A stretch of 64,000 nt of DNA from a virus (IMGVR_UViG_3300033073_001332:128001-192000); one strand, 5' to 3'; positions 29,453 to 41,107 are shown, numbered from the stretch's first letter. Numbers and translations are program-made. Notes: generated by a model not told the origin, from the sequence alone.

Positions 29453-31196
29453 TGAAAATGAAATAAGAATTGTTTTGGGTTCTCAGCAATTTGCTGGTAA
29501 CACGGATAAAGACATTTGGATACAACCACCATTAATTGGTGATAGAAGAACTATGGTTGAAGGTGATAGGTCATTGACACTTAACCTTGCAGACCAATTT
29601 AATACAGAAAGACAAGAAAGTAATACTTTTAGAATTTCAGGTAAAATAACAAACATATTTAATAATACGGTTTCAGGTAAAACAACATATACACCATATA
29701 GAAACATTCTTTATTATACAAATGCGATTGCAAATGCAACACTAAACACACCACCAAACCCTAATGTGCCATGGGAAGGATACCCTCAGTTTGATGAGTT
29801 TACATTTGTTAGATATTCTGCAGTTACGGGACATAGAAATTATATATCAAAAAGTGCTAGTTCATACAATTGGATGTTATATTTAACTTATCCATTCAGT
29901 AGTGATACTACACAACCAATGTCTTACAAAAGTGAGGATTTTAATGTATCCATCAATTTTACATCAGGTGACGGGATTCCTTTTGTTATTAAACCTGGTG
30001 AAATAAACGGTAAGAAGGTTGTATATTTTTATTGTGGTATAAATCATAATTTATCCGTTGGACAATGGATTGAAATAAACATACCATCGTTACCAAATGG
30101 GTTCGGAGGTAAAAAACTATTTGAAGTTTTTAGTTTGGGGGATGGTAACTATAGGTCACAAGATACGGTATTTAGTATTTTTGATTTAAAATTCCCACAA
30201 AATGAAACAACGGTAGGTAAAGTAGGAACATTCAAAAGAATATCTAATATTGTTAATAGTGCTGAGACTAAATCAATATATTATATAAGATTACACAAAG
30301 TAGTTGCAACCCATTCTGATTTTAATATCACCCAAGCTGGTTTTGAAAACATACCATTCAGTACTAAAAGTAAGGTTGAATATTCTGCACTTACACCTAA
30401 TGGAGAACAAAGAGTTTCCGTTAAAGAAGGTTCAAAAACATTTAGTTTTGTTTTGAACAAAGACATTGTGATTGAAGAATATAAAGATAATAACGGAAAA
30501 CCTATCACCGAGTTGTTTTTAACAACAATACAAAGAGGTTATATGGGTTGGTTTAATCCACCTGTGATGAATACATCGGGCAATCTGGTGGGTATTGATG
30601 TTGGTTGGGGGTTTAATTTTCTAAAAAACTCAGTAGACCCCTGGTGGAATCACTCATCATTAAGTAACAAAGATAATATAGTGTTAGGTTCTTACGAACA
30701 ACCACAAGGTAGTGGTCAGTACTTCTATTATAATGATTTTATACCAACAGGAACCACATTAAAAGGTGATTTTTGTGAATACAATTTTGTTGAACAACAA
30801 GAATACGTACTTTCAAAAATGTATCATAAATACTCATTTAATAGTTCATATTTTTCAGACAATTCGGCTTTGAATTTACCAAGTGGATATGTTTATGAAC
30901 CACACCACCCAATCACTATAAGAATTTTTAGTAATTATTTAGAGTACGGTACGAAGTCAAATACAGACAATATACCAACTTATGCGTGGTTTTCAGAATA
31001 TGAACAGAATTTTGTTTGGAGAGATTTATATTCCTATGGATTTATTGATGCTGAAGGTTTAGGGGTTGATTACCCATTCACAAATGGAGCGCACTATCCA
31101 TTTAAAAATGTTTTGTTTTTACAAAAACCAGTTCAAAGAACAAATCAAATTACTACAACCATCATAAACCAACCAACAAACGACGATTGTGAATAA
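29445..31196 (+). CDS. Hypothetical structural protein
   Basis: 583 aa, overlaps both neighbours, beta-rich composition. Confidence 0.55.
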   Translation: MSNENEIRIVLGSQQFAGNTDKDIWIQPPLIGDRRTMVEGDRSLTLNLADQFNTERQESNTFRISGKITNIFNNTVSGKTTYTPYRNILYYTNAIANATLNTPPNPNVPWEGYPQFDEFTFVRYSAVTGHRNYISKSASSYNWMLYLTYPFSSDTTQPMSYKSEDFNVSINFTSGDGIPFVIKPGEINGKKVVYFYCGINHNLSVGQWIEINIPSLPNGFGGKKLFEVFSLGDGNYRSQDTVFSIFDLKFPQNETTVGKVGTFKRISNIVNSAETKSIYYIRLHKVVATHSDFNITQAGFENIPFSTKSKVEYSALTPNGEQRVSVKEGSKTFSFVLNKDIVIEEYKDNNGKPITELFLTTIQRGYMGWFNPPVMNTSGNLVGIDVGWGFNFLKNSVDPWWNHSSLSNKDNIVLGSYEQPQGSGQYFYYNDFIPTGTTLKGDFCEYNFVEQQEYVLSKMYHKYSFNSSYFSDNSALNLPSGYVYEPHHPITIRIFSNYLEYGTKSNTDNIPTYAWFSEYEQNFVWRDLYSYGFIDAEGLGVDYPFTNGAHYPFKNVLFLQKPVQRTNQITTTIINQPTNDDCE

Positions 31197-32034
31197 TAAC
31201 TATTATAGGGTTACATTAAACCCAAACGATACTGAAATTAATATCCCTATTGAAATAAGTTTCGACATGGAAGGTAGGGAACAAGGAGTTGAACAATTTG
31301 AAACAAATGCGGTTCAAAGTTTAATTAATGGTATTGAAGATTTTGAAATAGGTAGATTTGCACATGCCGCTTGGGACAATGATGTTGATAAAACCGAAAT
31401 AAATTACATCTTTAATTTTTTCAACCCTAATTTACCTACAACTTTTATTACTAACCCACCATCAATTGGAAATTGGTTAGATGATTATGAATATGCAACA
31501 TTCACTAACTCAGAGATTTATTACTTCTCAAATTCATTTAAAGGGTCATTCTTTAAGTTAGACTTTTACGATAGTAAAATACAAGAGAGTCAAAAAATTC
31601 TTTTTAGTGTGATATTACCAACCCAACAAGGATTAAAAGAACCGGGTACTATTGGACCAGCCTTGAACCCTACTACGGTCATGGTTAAAAAACCAAAATA
31701 TGTTTTAGATTATACAGGTGCAGATAAAGAAGGGTTCTTCTTTTATTGGTTAAAAAACCAAACCTACATTAACCAAAGCGTTTTTTACATGTCTTGCAAG
31801 TTTTTCAATGCAAAGAAAGGACAATTTGTAAGAATGATTAATGAACCACAATCAGGTTTTGTCGGTCAAACTAAGTTTAATTTTGATAAAGAAAAATATT
31901 TCTATTACAAAGTTGTGATGGATAACAATAGTTATGAATATAAGGTCTATAGAGAATCTCCATCACAAGTTAGAGTCGGTGTAGGTCAAACAGCTAATAC
32001 AGCTATAACTTGGTATGAATATGTTAACCCATAA
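31189..32034 (+). CDS. Hypothetical structural protein
   Basis: 281 aa, coupled to its neighbours. Confidence 0.55.
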   Translation: MNNNYYRVTLNPNDTEINIPIEISFDMEGREQGVEQFETNAVQSLINGIEDFEIGRFAHAAWDNDVDKTEINYIFNFFNPNLPTTFITNPPSIGNWLDDYEYATFTNSEIYYFSNSFKGSFFKLDFYDSKIQESQKILFSVILPTQQGLKEPGTIGPALNPTTVMVKKPKYVLDYTGADKEGFFFYWLKNQTYINQSVFYMSCKFFNAKKGQFVRMINEPQSGFVGQTKFNFDKEKYFYYKVVMDNNSYEYKVYRESPSQVRVGVGQTANTAITWYEYVNP

Positions 32035-33176
32035 TGGAGTCAGAAAAATTTAGTTTACGTATATCCCCCGAAGTATTGTCTACCGATATATTCGCGTTAG
32101 TTTATACCGCAAAAACATATTACGATTTACCATCAAACGGGGTACCAACTAACAACACACCATTTACTGCAACTACACAAAATTTTTCACTTTATTCTGG
32201 TATGACAGAAATTTTAAGTGGAGGAACAAATGGTACATCACTTTTGACGGGTCTTACTATACCTGTAATGTTTACTCAAACATATAACGATATTGGTTAC
32301 TATTCAGAATTTGATGGATTAATCGCTCAAAAAGATATTATAACCAACTTTTTGGTTTCAGGTGATAGTTTATTAAACTTATTTTCAGTCACATTATTTA
32401 ATACGTCAGGTGATTATACCACAAGTTATTTGGATTTCACAACATTTAGTGTTGATTGGAATGATGGTTCGGCAATACAACCATTAACAGGAACACAACA
32501 AAATCACATATACCAAAACCCTGGCAATTATGTTATTACATTATCGGGTGCAAATCCTTGGGGTGTTACGACGATTTCAAAACCAATAACTATTCCATTT
32601 ATGAATGCCGGTGTTCCTAATCCAAATGGGACAATAACATTCACACCAAGTGGAGGTAGTTGGAATGGAGTTCAACTTACTCTAAATTATATCTTACCAT
32701 TAGATGCTAACAATAATTTATCTTATCAGTCATCATCTAATTGGACTCAAACTCCTTTTATTGTTTCAGGATACACTAAATCTAAAATACAAGACTTAAG
32801 AAGATATGGTCCTAATCCATTTACGGTTGGATATGTTTTTACTAAAAACAACCAATTTTATGGTAAAATAGATTCAATTAATAATGGTATTACTGGTTAT
32901 ACAATTGAAAATATCAACTACTACGATTTACCTGATGGAAAAACATTCTATGTTGTAAGTAGTAATGGATTAACTCCAAATGATTTAGACCCAACAATAA
33001 TTACTAAAAACGAACAACTATTAGATTTTGTAATGGCACCACAAATACAAACCGACATTTATGTTGAAAGAGGTAAATATAGTGCGTTCGAAGCTATTGA
33101 AAGATTAGGTGAAGTTGATAACATGGGAGACTTGGAAAGATACGGGTATGGTTTTTTCAAAATTAATATCACATAA
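32034..33176 (+). CDS. PKD-domain-containing structural protein
   Basis: VDWNDGS..HIYQNPGNYVITLSGANPWG matches the PKD pattern. Confidence 0.65.
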   Translation: MESEKFSLRISPEVLSTDIFALVYTAKTYYDLPSNGVPTNNTPFTATTQNFSLYSGMTEILSGGTNGTSLLTGLTIPVMFTQTYNDIGYYSEFDGLIAQKDIITNFLVSGDSLLNLFSVTLFNTSGDYTTSYLDFTTFSVDWNDGSAIQPLTGTQQNHIYQNPGNYVITLSGANPWGVTTISKPITIPFMNAGVPNPNGTITFTPSGGSWNGVQLTLNYILPLDANNNLSYQSSSNWTQTPFIVSGYTKSKIQDLRRYGPNPFTVGYVFTKNNQFYGKIDSINNGITGYTIENINYYDLPDGKTFYVVSSNGLTPNDLDPTIITKNEQLLDFVMAPQIQTDIYVERGKYSAFEAIERLGEVDNMGDLERYGYGFFKINIT

Positions 33177-33208
33177 AAAATACAGATAAACTATTTATTA
33201 AATAAAAA

Positions 33209-34117
33209 ATGGCATTAGGAACATATGGTATTGTAAGACCTTCGGATGTATCACCAGCAGATGTTGATATCATATTACACTACACACCAAGTAGAGATGT
33301 TACGGATAATTTTCTTCTTAAAAAATTAAACTCACAAAGTGTTTTAACACCGTATTATCATAATTCAGATACAGGTGGTAATGCAGGTGTTGAAGTTTTA
33401 GGTGGATTATACAACTTAAAATTACCTGCTAGTGAATTTAATAAAAAAGGAATTTACACATTATACATTAAACCTGCCGAAATTAGAACAACAATTAACG
33501 ATTGTGGGGTGTTATCGGCATTACCAAATGTTAAAGGTATTATTATCAACTTGAATGATGTACCATCACAATTTAGAAATAAATTCACAAATCAAGGTCT
33601 TGTTGGATTTAGAGTGGAATACTTAAATTCTGATGGTAGTAAAATACCTAATTTTTATAGAATAGTAACATCATCATTCTTTTGCGAACCAGTAACAACT
33701 GAACAAATTAATTCATCACAAAAGACAATAAGATATCGTTATGTTGATGGTGGAAGTGATTTAGTATTTTGTACGTTATCACCTTCATCCTCACCTACTA
33801 ACAAACCAACCGCAACTCCATTCATTGGACAACCAAACCAAAAAATCATTGTAACAAATACTTTTTTCAATCCAATCACTATTGATATCCAAATGGCTGA
33901 CTACGATTTAGATACAATTGCAATCGCTCTTTATGGTAATCAAAGTAAGAGTATGGAGGACGGAATTTACACTCTTTACGATAGTAATAACAATATCTAT
34001 AAACAATATAACTTATTTGAGGTTAGAGATAACTTTAACGAGTTACTTTATGAAGTTAGACAAGACAGAGGTTCTAATATAGACTTCAGTAAAAACTTTA
34101 CAAATATTATTACTTAA
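33209..34117 (+). CDS. Hypothetical structural protein
   Basis: 302 aa; TATTTAT at 33192-33198. Confidence 0.55.
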   Translation: MALGTYGIVRPSDVSPADVDIILHYTPSRDVTDNFLLKKLNSQSVLTPYYHNSDTGGNAGVEVLGGLYNLKLPASEFNKKGIYTLYIKPAEIRTTINDCGVLSALPNVKGIIINLNDVPSQFRNKFTNQGLVGFRVEYLNSDGSKIPNFYRIVTSSFFCEPVTTEQINSSQKTIRYRYVDGGSDLVFCTLSPSSSPTNKPTATPFIGQPNQKIIVTNTFFNPITIDIQMADYDLDTIAIALYGNQSKSMEDGIYTLYDSNNNIYKQYNLFEVRDNFNELLYEVRQDRGSNIDFSKNFTNIIT

Positions 34118-37100
34118 TGGCGAATAAGATTTTCTTTCCACCTATTGGTACTAATACTTTCGCAGATAATCTTGTCGGAGTTCAGATTACTGATGCTGGT
34201 GGGTTAACACAAGGAAACTTCCAATTTACCACAGCAATATACGAAAAGTCAAATCGTAACTTTGATACTGGTGTATTTTCAAGTCCATATACTTTAGAAA
34301 ATATTAACGTAAATAGTATTGAAGAAGCAAGAAGAATTATTGAAAAAAACTTTAAAGTTTATCCTAATTATGATTTATCTGAGATAACAAGTTTTTCATT
34401 ATATGGTTCGTTAGCTAAAAGACTTTCGGCATCTGCAATTAAAATAATTAACAACTTCCCAGCGGCAATTGAAATAATTGCTTTACACCAATCAGGTCTC
34501 TTCACTGGAAGTACTGCATATAACATTACTTATAATTCAATAAACGATGAGACCACTTTTGATATGGACTCAGCGTTATTTAGAAATCCATTTGGTGTTG
34601 ATTTCTCGGTGAATGCTAAAAGAAATATTGAAGTACAACCATTTCCTGTTCATCCAATAAGAGCGTTAACGACTGAGTTTGAAAACTATTCTATGTTCTT
34701 TGAAGATTTGGACAAAGAATTTCAACTAACATTTTTTGAACCAACACAAAGCTTAAGTGGTGGAACCGTAAGTGTTTCAGTAAGAGGGGACATGTTTAGT
34801 GGTACGACTGCAACAACAAGAAGTTTAATTTTAAAACCAACAAAGAGTAAAACTTTAGAAATATTTGGAGATGCGTTTGATGAGGTTGAAAAGTTTTTAC
34901 TTAATCAAAATAGTTTACCAAAATACACTTCAGTATTCTCTTATCCTGAATACGATGGGACTACAGGTAAATACACATTATACAACAAGAGTATTACTTG
35001 GCCTATTAATAAGTTTTGGAATTTAGATATTACAAGTTCTGCGTTCAATCAATATTTGGATGATTTACAATTAGTTGCCGAAAGACTTGATGAATATAAA
35101 ACAAACTTAATCAGTAGATTTTTAATTACAGGAGCATTCAAAGAATTTGATACGGATGACCAAAAAATTGAAAAAGTATTACAAATCTATGGTAGAAGTT
35201 TTGATGAGGTTAAAAAATTCATAGACAGCTTAGCATACATGAATTCTGTTAACTACCAAGTAGGTAACGACATACCATCACAATTATTATTCAATTTAGC
35301 ACAAACTTTAGGTATTAACCCTAACATATCACCAATAACAAATGAAGGGTTCTTAGATTCAGTATTTAGTTCTAAATCACAACAAGTTTACGAGGGACAG
35401 GCAAATACTTTAACACCAACTGAACTTAATTATCAATACTATAGAAATTTGATATTAAATTCAGCTTACATGTACAAAACAAAAGGAACAAGACGTTCAC
35501 TTGAGTACGTGATGAGGTTTATTGGGGCACCTGAAGCGTTAATGGAATTTAACGAAATAATTTATGTTGCTGACACTAAAATAAACGTAGATAAATTTAC
35601 TGAACAATATGCAACCATTTCAGGTGGTACCAAATATGTAACGGCACCTATTTTGGATTCTGCAAATATCTTTAGTATTCAAGGTAAAACGTACACAGGT
35701 TATACAAGTAGTGGTAGAATTAAATTAGTTAACACGACGTTAGATGATTACGGTATTGATAGTGATGGATACCCTAAAAGTCCGGCACAGACAGATTCTA
35801 ATTTCTTTCAAAAAGGTGCAGGTTGGTTTGAACAAACACCGAAACATAGGTCAGCTCAAATTGCAGATAATGAAAACTCATCATTAAGTGGGTCAAATCC
35901 TTATCTTATAACAAAATTACAACCTTTTAATTTTGGTCAAGATTATATGAATAGTCTTAGACAATTCCCTGATATGAACGTCGGGTATACTCTAAGACGT
36001 GTTTCTGATAATCAAAAGTCTTGGGTTGTTAATGATGTTGGAACAAGAAAAAATAACGATAATTTCAATGGAGTTGATTATTCAGTATCAAATGACAAGT
36101 TAGTTATTAACTCCAAGAATATGGAACTCTACATGAATATGGGTCAAGGTATTACATATGATATATGGGATATGTCAGTAAAATACGATTACCCTATTCC
36201 TAATTCAGGTTTAACGGCACCTTATCCATATCCTGGAAATATTGATTGGACACACATCGACCCAAAACCAAAACAAAAAACTTTCTTTGAGTTTGCTCAA
36301 AGTTTCTATAACAACTTTATTAATGTAAGAAATAGACAAACAATAAGTGATGGTAAAACGGGAGGATACCCAACATTACAATCTGTTTTTTGGAATTACT
36401 TACAATCTGAACAGACGGTAGGGATTCCATCCAATAATTTCTCTTACCAAAAAATGATTGACTACACCTTAGGTTTAGGTGATTATTGGCAACGTTTATT
36501 AGAGCAAGTAGTTCCTGGTACTTCATTGTGGTTAACAGGACAAAAAATGGAAAACTCAATATTCCATAGACAAAAATATGTTTGGAGAAGACAAAGAGGT
36601 TGTCAGATTATTCCTGTGGCTTGTATTCCATGTAAGTATATGGGACAACCATTTGCGTACGATTGTATTGACCAAACATTACAATGTACTCTTGACGGAA
36701 CACCTGCTCAAATTCTACAATCACTATTGGCTAATTTATTATCACAAAGTGGATTAACTCAAAATATGTGTGATACAAATAGTATTGTATCTGAATGGTT
36801 TGTTGATTGTAGATTAGATAATCAAATACTTGTTCAAGAACAATTTTATACGGGTTATGGAATAAATGATTACCCATCCCAAACACAATTAATAAATGCA
36901 ATAGATACATACTTAGTTGGGTTATATAATTACGGATTAAATTATTACTTTGCTGGTAATACCTTGATTGTAAGTAACTCGTCTTGTTATGATAATTTCT
37001 CAACAAGTACTTTATATTTAAACATAGGTTTGAATATTGATATTAATTGTACTCCACCATTAGTTACTCCAACTCCTACGCCGACCCCAACTCCTACACC

Positions 37101-37473
37101 AACACCAACTCCAATCTATACTGAGGTTAGTATGTATTTTGGTGCACCTGTAGCGTCACCATCTACGGTAACATTTGTATACAGAATTAATGGTGGTGCA
37201 TGGATTAACATTAGTAATCAGGCGGTAGGAAACAAACCATCTACATTCCAAAACTACCAACCTTATGGTACTTCTACGGTTGTTGGTGATGTAATTGAAA
37301 TGGGAGTATTGAATTCTGGTGGATTTAATATAAGATTTGGTACGGGTAATAATAGTGGTACATACACAGGATACTGTGGAATTAGTTCATACTATACTTA
37401 TACTGTAGTAAGCGGTGTAAATAGTATTTACATAAACATCCAAGACACTGGTAGTGGATACGTAATATGTTAA
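34117..37473 (+). CDS. Baseplate wedge protein (tail protein I/gp7-like) with C-terminal (TP)8 linker
   Basis: LAQTLG and YMYKTKGTRRSLEYVMRFIG (KGT motif); Cys-rich C-terminal part. Confidence 0.65.
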   Translation: MANKIFFPPIGTNTFADNLVGVQITDAGGLTQGNFQFTTAIYEKSNRNFDTGVFSSPYTLENINVNSIEEARRIIEKNFKVYPNYDLSEITSFSLYGSLAKRLSASAIKIINNFPAAIEIIALHQSGLFTGSTAYNITYNSINDETTFDMDSALFRNPFGVDFSVNAKRNIEVQPFPVHPIRALTTEFENYSMFFEDLDKEFQLTFFEPTQSLSGGTVSVSVRGDMFSGTTATTRSLILKPTKSKTLEIFGDAFDEVEKFLLNQNSLPKYTSVFSYPEYDGTTGKYTLYNKSITWPINKFWNLDITSSAFNQYLDDLQLVAERLDEYKTNLISRFLITGAFKEFDTDDQKIEKVLQIYGRSFDEVKKFIDSLAYMNSVNYQVGNDIPSQLLFNLAQTLGINPNISPITNEGFLDSVFSSKSQQVYEGQANTLTPTELNYQYYRNLILNSAYMYKTKGTRRSLEYVMRFIGAPEALMEFNEIIYVADTKINVDKFTEQYATISGGTKYVTAPILDSANIFSIQGKTYTGYTSSGRIKLVNTTLDDYGIDSDGYPKSPAQTDSNFFQKGAGWFEQTPKHRSAQIADNENSSLSGSNPYLITKLQPFNFGQDYMNSLRQFPDMNVGYTLRRVSDNQKSWVVNDVGTRKNNDNFNGVDYSVSNDKLVINSKNMELYMNMGQGITYDIWDMSVKYDYPIPNSGLTAPYPYPGNIDWTHIDPKPKQKTFFEFAQSFYNNFINVRNRQTISDGKTGGYPTLQSVFWNYLQSEQTVGIPSNNFSYQKMIDYTLGLGDYWQRLLEQVVPGTSLWLTGQKMENSIFHRQKYVWRRQRGCQIIPVACIPCKYMGQPFAYDCIDQTLQCTLDGTPAQILQSLLANLLSQSGLTQNMCDTNSIVSEWFVDCRLDNQILVQEQFYTGYGINDYPSQTQLINAIDTYLVGLYNYGLNYYFAGNTLIVSNSSCYDNFSTSTLYLNIGLNIDINCTPPLVTPTPTPTPTPTPTPTPIYTEVSMYFGAPVASPSTVTFVYRINGGAWINISNQAVGNKPSTFQNYQPYGTSTVVGDVIEMGVLNSGGFNIRFGTGNNSGTYTGYCGISSYYTYTVVSGVNSIYINIQDTGSGYVIC
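37066..37113 (+). repeat. (Thr-Pro)8 coding repeat
   Basis: ACN-CCN tandem with mixed synonymous codons. Confidence 0.9.
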
Positions 37474-37481
37474 GATAAAAA

Positions 37482-40400
37482 ATGGCTTGTGTTTCAGGTT
37501 TAACAAATGGTGTTTATAGTTATATTGATTGTTGTGGTAATACTCAAACGGGTGTTTCCGTAGGTCAAAGTATTTGTTTAGATGAAACACTTACAGGGAC
37601 ATCTTTTGGTGTGTACATTGCAACAGGACAAACATGTACTGAGAATTGTAATCAAGGACCTTTAGATGTTAGTTTTTCAGTAACGGGAGTTTGTTCAGCA
37701 GCAACAGGTACCATTACATTTTACCCAACGGGTGGAATTTCACCTTATACTATCGATAATACGTTTGACCCATCAATAAGTGCTCAAACGGGAACTACAC
37801 AAATAACTTTCTCAGGTTTATCAGGAGGAACTTACGTCTTCAGATTGAATGATAGTCAAGGTATTCAAAACAATGAACTTTTTATAAACGTCACAATAAG
37901 TGGATGTTTTGATGCTAAAATATATAATACAAGTGGAACTACTTGTGGGTTAGATAATGGTTATTTTGAAGTAAGTGCAGCAACCTCAGGTTCACCATAT
38001 ACGATACTTCTTTACAAAGATGGTGTTTATGATTCTACGGTCGGGGCTGCAACTCTACCACAACCTTTTAGTAATTTAGCGAGTGGTATATATTACGCTA
38101 TTGTTGTTGATAATGCTTTAGCAACTGCATATACCGAAAACACCGTAATAAGTGCAACAACCGCAGTAGATTTTGGATTTTGGAAAGTTGATACTTCTAA
38201 TTGTGATTTGAATTGGGGTAAGTTAGCAGTAACCGGCATGACAGGTACAGGACCATACACTTACTTATGGGATAATGGACAAACAACTCAAATCATTACA
38301 GGTCTTACTCAAGGGACTTATAGTTGTACGGTAACAGATAGTTTAGGGTGTCAAACAACAAAAAGTGAAACTATTGGAGTAGCACAACCTTTAGGTTTAG
38401 CTTTTCAAACGGCAGTCCAACCAAGTTGTTTTCAAAATGATGGTTCATTAACTTTCACCGTAACAGGTGGAACACTACCGTTTTATTATTCAGCAACCAC
38501 AGGTTTAGTTGGTTATACGTTAGATAACGAATTTACAATCTCAGGGTTAAGTGCTGGAAATTACGATGTATTAGTAAGGGATGCGAGTTATTGTCAAACA
38601 ATAGTTAGTGGTAACTTATTAACACCAGGAAGTTTTGACCTTGTTGGTGTCTCTGTTACGAACCCGGTTTGTAATATAAATGGAGGGTCTATTCAAATTA
38701 ATATTGGAGGAGCTAACCAATCTTACAATTATACTTTATCGGGTCAAACTTCAGGGAGTGTTCAATCAAACGTAAGTCAAAGTCAAACATATACTTTTAG
38801 TAATTTAGTTACTGACAACTATTTGATAACAATTTCAGGTAGCGGAAGTAGTTGTGTTTACCGACAAGAAGTAAGTGTCACCTCAACACCTAAATTTAGT
38901 ATAAGTGCAACTACAACAGGTTCAACTTGTGGTCAATTAAATGGAACTGCGGTCATTCAAGTAAGTACGGGTTACACATCACCTTTAGATTATATCTTAA
39001 GTAATGGTGATACATTAATCGATTCACCATTATCTGCAATTACATATACAGACTTAGCCGCGGGTTCTTACACAATAAGTGTTACTGATGCTGATGGTTG
39101 TGTAGTGACAACAGGATTTACAATATCGACTGGTGGTAGTTTAGTTACGGGATTATCTACTACAAATTGTAATGGAACAAATAATGGAACGGCAACGGTA
39201 AACATTTATGATGGTTCACCACCATTCACATATAGTTGGTCAAATGGTCAAACAGGGTCAACTGCAACAAACTTAAGTGGAGGGACATATGATGTAACAA
39301 TAACAGACGCATCAGGATGTACCCAAACACAAAACTTTACAATAACATGTATTGGTAATTTGATTACATCTTATCAAACTTTCAATTTATGTACAAACAC
39401 CTTTACGACAACATCAAGTAATCAAAGAGGTTTAATTGAAATGTTGAATGAAGGTTATTTAGATATTACGTCGGGTTATACGGGATGTTCATTTAATTCG
39501 GCTGAACTTACTTGTGAAGTTGAAATAAATGGAACAGCCTATACACAAACATTCTATACAGCAACAACTTTAAATGATGTTCCACAAGATACTTTATGGC
39601 AAACAACAATTGAGGATATCTTATCGGGAATACCACAGATTCAAAGTTATGAGGTTAATCTATTAAATAATACGCTAACAATATATTCAAATTGTGATGG
39701 GGATGAAGACCCATTATCAGATGCTGATTTTAGTTTAAGTTTGAGTATTGTTTATGATGTTACATGTACAGGAACTTTATACCCTGCACCTCCAGCACCT
39801 CCTGTAACATACGAAGCATTATATACATCAACATCATTTGCTAATGTTAGTAGTAGTATTTGGCCGATATCTGGTGTAGAATCTGGAACTATATCATATT
39901 CAGGGGCACCTAATGAAATTCTCACAATGAGAGTGACATTACCAAATCTGATTAATTTTTCAGGAGGAACGTCAATAAACGGTATTAATTACAATGAGTA
40001 TAGTGCTAGTACATTTACCGCATCAACAAATAGTTCAGGGGTCGGGACTTTAACATTAATATCTAGTGCCACAACACACACCAATGTTTACGGACAAAAA
40101 ATTCATTATTTAGAAATATTAAATTCAAGTTCAGGTTCCACTATTGGACCACCGGGAAATGGTTCTTCATGGTTAAGATGGAGATATACTAACCCAATTT
40201 CTGGTAGTCAAAATTTAATTGGAGGTAATACCATTTCTGCAACAACAAGTGGTGATGCGTGTAACAACATAACTTATGATACATCATATAGAATAATTAA
40301 TACTGGTTTAACTATTAATACTGGCTCTACCGTATACTCAGGAACAACAGGCGCTATTTTAGTAAATGGAAACAATAAGTGGATTTCTGTTTATTATCCG

Positions 40401-40508
40401 GCTGCTCCAAGTGGTCTTGGGTATTATTCAGGATTCACGTATGGTACTAAATACGTAATTCAAGTTGATGCTTCAGGGGTGATAACAAATGTACAAATCT
40501 GCCCATAA
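37482..40508 (+). CDS. SprB-repeat adhesin-like virion protein
   Basis: Multiple units such as GTGPYTYLWDNGQTT..GLTQGTYSCTVTDSLGC and GSPPFTYSWSNG..NLSGGTYDVTITDASGC. Confidence 0.75.
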   Translation: MACVSGLTNGVYSYIDCCGNTQTGVSVGQSICLDETLTGTSFGVYIATGQTCTENCNQGPLDVSFSVTGVCSAATGTITFYPTGGISPYTIDNTFDPSISAQTGTTQITFSGLSGGTYVFRLNDSQGIQNNELFINVTISGCFDAKIYNTSGTTCGLDNGYFEVSAATSGSPYTILLYKDGVYDSTVGAATLPQPFSNLASGIYYAIVVDNALATAYTENTVISATTAVDFGFWKVDTSNCDLNWGKLAVTGMTGTGPYTYLWDNGQTTQIITGLTQGTYSCTVTDSLGCQTTKSETIGVAQPLGLAFQTAVQPSCFQNDGSLTFTVTGGTLPFYYSATTGLVGYTLDNEFTISGLSAGNYDVLVRDASYCQTIVSGNLLTPGSFDLVGVSVTNPVCNINGGSIQINIGGANQSYNYTLSGQTSGSVQSNVSQSQTYTFSNLVTDNYLITISGSGSSCVYRQEVSVTSTPKFSISATTTGSTCGQLNGTAVIQVSTGYTSPLDYILSNGDTLIDSPLSAITYTDLAAGSYTISVTDADGCVVTTGFTISTGGSLVTGLSTTNCNGTNNGTATVNIYDGSPPFTYSWSNGQTGSTATNLSGGTYDVTITDASGCTQTQNFTITCIGNLITSYQTFNLCTNTFTTTSSNQRGLIEMLNEGYLDITSGYTGCSFNSAELTCEVEINGTAYTQTFYTATTLNDVPQDTLWQTTIEDILSGIPQIQSYEVNLLNNTLTIYSNCDGDEDPLSDADFSLSLSIVYDVTCTGTLYPAPPAPPVTYEALYTSTSFANVSSSIWPISGVESGTISYSGAPNEILTMRVTLPNLINFSGGTSINGINYNEYSASTFTASTNSSGVGTLTLISSATTHTNVYGQKIHYLEILNSSSGSTIGPPGNGSSWLRWRYTNPISGSQNLIGGNTISATTSGDACNNITYDTSYRIINTGLTINTGSTVYSGTTGAILVNGNNKWISVYYPAAPSGLGYYSGFTYGTKYVIQVDASGVITNVQICP

Positions 40509-40795
40509 TGCCATCACAACTAATTATATCGGGGGAGACAGGAGGTACACCTCCTTATCAGTTCTATGTATGTGACCAATACATGAATAATTGTTTTTTG
40601 TTAGGTTCAACAGGTACAACATATACTCTTAATTCATTTTTTTCATCGGCACAAGTTTTACTAATCAAATTAGTTGATAGTACTGGGTGTTTAATTTTTA
40701 AATACGTTTATTGTCCTAACGACACGTTCTTTATATTAACTGAGACAGCACTCATAATAACCACAGAAAGTGGGGATAGTTTAGTTTGGATATAA
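40508..40795 (+). CDS. Small single-module structural/adapter protein
   Basis: GGTPPYQFYVCD..C..IKLVDSTGC; C-terminal ILTETALIITTESGD. Confidence 0.65.
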   Translation: MPSQLIISGETGGTPPYQFYVCDQYMNNCFLLGSTGTTYTLNSFFSSAQVLLIKLVDSTGCLIFKYVYCPNDTFFILTETALIITTESGDSLVWI

Positions 40796-41080
40796 ATGTT
40801 AATTGAAGTAACAGGAGTAACAAGTGGAACAAGTCCGTACAACATTTATGTGTGCGACTCAAACAACATCGCATGTTTTTTTATTACTGCGGTTACCTCA
40901 TTTTCACCTTCAGTAGTAATAAATACAGATAATTTTTTTCCAAACGCACCTGCGGTTTATCTTAAAATTTTAGATGGCACTTTATGTGAGAAATTATATT
41001 TATTAGAATGTGGAGTTTATAGTTTCCAAGATGGGAATGTGTTTATTTTCATGGATGGTAACATTAATGTGTTCCAATAA
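40796..41080 (+). CDS. Small single-module structural/adapter protein, paralog of the upstream gene
   Basis: SGTSPYNIYVCD..C..LKILDGTLC; C-terminal FQDGNVFIFMDGN. Confidence 0.65.
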   Translation: MLIEVTGVTSGTSPYNIYVCDSNNIACFFITAVTSFSPSVVINTDNFFPNAPAVYLKILDGTLCEKLYLLECGVYSFQDGNVFIFMDGNINVFQ

Positions 41081-41107
41081 TTATTTCTACAATATTTATA
41101 AAGTGAT

